In this document: piece after piece, positions 60,196-64,000 of the stretch
Layout of the letters: each line of letters begins with the position of its first letter
Position numbering within the stretch: position 1 is the first letter of the stretch
Origin: Eledone cirrhosa
Lineage: Eukaryota
NCBI GenBank assembly: GCA_964016885.1
Contig: OZ024751.1
Location: forward strand, 49,662,001-49,726,000
DNA length: 64,000 nucleotides
Direction: 5' to 3'
Position numbers and translations under genes: made by a program
Notes under the pieces: model-generated
Seen by the model: the letters and a program-made list of their open reading frames with translations, nothing else
The model's database searches: none
Told to the model about the DNA's origin: nothing

Positions 60196-60590
60196 TGTTA
60201 TACTTGGGGAGGGTCATGTCTGTGTAATATTGCCAGAATTAATAACAGAACACACTCACTGATTGGTTGGTTTTCGCTTTTCGCTTCTGTGTCTTTTATA
60301 TCGGTAATCTAATTTATTCGGTCCTCAATGTTGCCATTGACTGACCGACGGTCAAAATTAATACAGATACAATATAGACACAAACACATATATATAGTTT
60401 ATCAAAGTTCTTTCGTTGCACATCTGCAACATCGTCAGTGGTGCTATTGTTTCCTCCCGTTACATTGTATGTCTACGCCATTTTTATTTAGTCTGTCTAT
60501 ATATTTATTTATTTATGTGTTGTTTGTTTGGGTGTTGTTGAATGGAATAACAACAACACCCAAACAAACAACACTGACCTAAGAGAAGTA

Positions 60591-60633
<43 letters not shown>

Positions 60634-61170
60634 ATACATACACAAGCACAATAACAACAAACACATATAAACACACACTAATAAAGATGGAATACATTAA
60701 GCGATACACAGTCACCCAATCACGAACACACATCAAACAAAACACTATACACACACGCAAACGCATGCGCAAAGAAGACAAAATAAAATAAACAAACAAA
60801 CAAATAAATAAATAAATATATAGACAGACTAAATAAAAATGGCGTAGACATACAATGTAACGGGAAGAAACAATAGCACCACTGACGATGTTGCAGATGT
60901 GCAACGAAAGAACTTTGATAAACTATATATATGTGTTTGTGTCTATATTGTATCTGTATTATTTTTGACCGTCGGTCAGTCAATGGCAACATTGAGGACC
61001 GAATAAATTAGATTACCGATATAAAAGACACAGAAGCGAAAAGCGAAAACCAACCAATCAGTGAGTGTGTTCTGTTATTAATTCTGGCAATATTACACAA
61101 ATATGACCCTCCCCAAGTATAACAATATTTGTTTCGACACACGATTTCATATAAAAACCTCGCAAAACTA
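60193..61170. mobile_element. Family 6 inverted pLTR pair (~320-bp arms) with HHR motifs at ~60400-60445 (-) and ~60875-60920 (+)
   Basis: 60193-60515 is the reverse complement of ~60805-61127; homologous to 50380-50952. Confidence 0.85.
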
Positions 61171-61294
61171 ATATATATATATATAAATATATATATACAT
61201 ATATATATAAATATATATATACATATATATATATATAAATATATATAAATAACTATATATATAAATATATACAAGTTAATAAATATATACAAGT

Positions 61295-61466
<172 letters not shown>

Positions 61467-61948
61467 CCCCGGCATTCATACACATCTCGTTCACACACAG
61501 TATGGGGGCACAGATATTCAGATTGTCACTATATTGGCATTCAGGTCTATGTCTGCCTTTCATGGTTTACATTTTACAAGACTGCAGTTATTTAGTTTCA
61601 ACGTCTTGACATACAGTAGATTCGTCCAGTCTCTACGTCGACAGAGAGACAACGTCTTCCTATCGCATGCTGCTAAAAAGAAATCTTCCAGCTTAAATGC
61701 AAATCTATCTGCATTGTGCTCCATAAAAGCTTATATAGCTCTCTATAATATCACTGGAATACAGATTCATTTCTCAACAAACAAATTGTGGGGAAGGGCC
61801 AGCTATATCTTGAAGCTAAGCTACGTTCGCCATTTTGGTTTCATAGCTTTGTAATTTGCATATGTGGCTATATGTAAGAATGTATGAATGTATGCATGTA
61901 TGTAAGCATGTAGGTTTGTGTGCAATATATGTATGAATATGTGCATGC

Positions 61949-62029
<81 letters not shown>

Positions 62030-62057
62030 TCTACACACATATATATATATATGTATA

Positions 62058-62096
<39 letters not shown>

Positions 62097-62151
62097 ATAT
62101 ACATATATATATATATGTGTGTATGTATATCTATATATATATGTATATAAG

Positions 62152-62183
<32 letters not shown>

Positions 62184-62257
62184 CACACATATATATATTT
62201 ATATTTATATATATATACATATATATATATCTGTGTGTGTGTATATATATATAAATA

Positions 62258-62315
<58 letters not shown>

Positions 62316-63339
62316 TGTCTGTGTGTGTTTATATTTTGGTAGTGGTTGAAACCATTGTTAGTTATAGAGGGCGGGGTTTATTGACAGTGATGGTGGTTGT
62401 GGTGGAGGTGGGAGTGGTTGCGATGTTGATGTTGATATTGTTTGCATTTTATTGTTAGGGGTGTTGTCGTTATGGTTGATGGTGATGGAGTTTACTTCAA
62501 GATATATGAAAATATAAGCTAAATGCATTCACTACACTTTTCCTTAAGATTTAAAGAATGGGGATTCTTTGAGAAAAATACATAGGGATACAGAATGATC
62601 AAATGTATCTCCTTTAATGACCACAACTACAAGGATCTGGTCTGGACGTGGAAGAACCGAACTCCCACTGTCATCGCCTCCATCTCTGTCGCCGTCCCCA
62701 TCTCTCCGTATGGTGACCAAATGTGGTCCTACTTCTAGATTCGAAATATTACCTGCCTGCGTTCATCTCTTCTGCTCACAGCCATCGTGGAATATTTTAT
62801 CTAATGAATCCGTTACTTTTTCTCATGCTGTGTCAAGATGTATTGTACGTGTGATATGGTTTAATTTATTTTTTCTCAATTTCTCAACTAAATGTGAATT
62901 AAACCAGTAATAGCGATCCTGCCTCTCTACCTTGTCTTTGTCATTTACTAACTGAAATGGCAGTACGACAATAACTCCATATAATACTGCTGTGAGACAC
63001 ACTAGACCATAAAACAGATCAATTCTATTTTATTGTTGTTAACAACCACAACAAATTAGCTCAATCATCCCACATGCAGTATATAAATTACAATTGGTTA
63101 GCTGATTGACTAATGAAGATATTGATTAACGGTTAATGAATAAAAATGTCATTACAATTTTTTATTCGTAAATTTCGAGCAAATTTATCATTCTTTCTCT
63201 TCGTGTCTTGACAAGTTGATTCTCATTAATTAACCCATTAGTATTAACTAGGTTATACTAATTAACTAGGTTATTCCAATGCAATATATTTCTTAACCTC
63301 TTTACCCATATTCCATCGTTCCCCTCTTTACAACTTTAA

Positions 63340-64000
63340 CCCATCCACTTCTTCCTTCTCTTCTCTTCCTTCACTACCCCCTTTGCTCTCATTCCTCTCC
63401 CTGCTCTCCTTCCTCTCATTTCTCTCATTCCTCTCCCTGCTCTCTTTGCTCTCCTTCTTCTCATTCCTCTCCCTGCTCTATTTGCTCTCCTTCCTCTCCT
63501 TTTCTCCTTCCTCTCCTTCCTCTCCCTGCTCTCTTTGCTCTCCTTCTTCTCATTCCTCTCCCTGCTCTCTTTGCTCTCATCCCTATCCTTTTCTCTTTCC
63601 TCTCCTTCCTCTCCCTACTCGCTTTGCTCTCCTTCTACCCATTCCTCTCCTTGCTCTCTTTGCTCTCCTTCCTCTCCTTTTCTCCTTCCTCTCCTTCCTC
63701 TCCCTACTCTCTTTGCTCTCCTTCTACCCATTCCTCTCCTTGCTCTCTTTGCTCTACTTCCTCTCCTTTTCTCCTTCCTCTCCTTCCTCTCCCTACTCTC
63801 TTTGCTCTCCTTCTACCCATTCCTCTCCTTGCTCTCTTTGCTCTCCTTCCTCTCCTTTTCTCCTTCCTCTCCCTGCTCTATTTGCTCTCCTTTCTCTCCT
63901 TTTCTCCTTCCTCTCCTTCCTCTCTCTGCTCTATTTGCTCTCCTTCCTCTCCTTCCTCTCCTTCCTCTCCTTCCTCTCCCTGCTCTCTTTGCTCTCCTTC
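63340..64000. repeat. Polypyrimidine minisatellite (ctctttgctctccttc-based, higher-order ~87 bp), runs off the window
   Basis: Direct reading; cttctacccattcctctccttgctctctttgctc recurs at ~63632, 63721, 63810. Confidence 0.9.

Overview
AT-rich, microsatellite-saturated metazoan DNA. It is most likely a coleoid cephalopod (octopod), judged from its SINE families, and appears to be mostly intronic or intergenic. The only host-gene coding sequence I can support is two 117-bp Gly-X-Y collagen exons on the + strand (9999-10115, 11887-12003). Nearly all ORFs in the supplied track are (TA)n/(CA)n/triplet-repeat artefacts. The remainder is retroelement debris: more than 12 copies of a SINE with an (ATT)n tail (three with 15-19 bp TSDs), a second tRNA-derived SINE, RTE-derived non-autonomous elements, an R4/Dong-like RLE LINE 3' end, a mariner remnant, and two Penelope-like (PLE) GIY-YIG endonuclease fragments. 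The main hidden signal is a very high density of hammerhead ribozyme (HHR) motifs. By manual reading I found about 20 with an intact core (CUGANGA...GAAA...NUH plus stems) and about 7 variant or degenerate ones. They belong to several distinct short element families that sit inside (TA)n arrays and form inverted or palindromic structures, including a 426-bp spacer-less palindrome of two back-to-back HHRs with ~115-nt stem II extensions. All structures were read by eye; none has been computed or tested.
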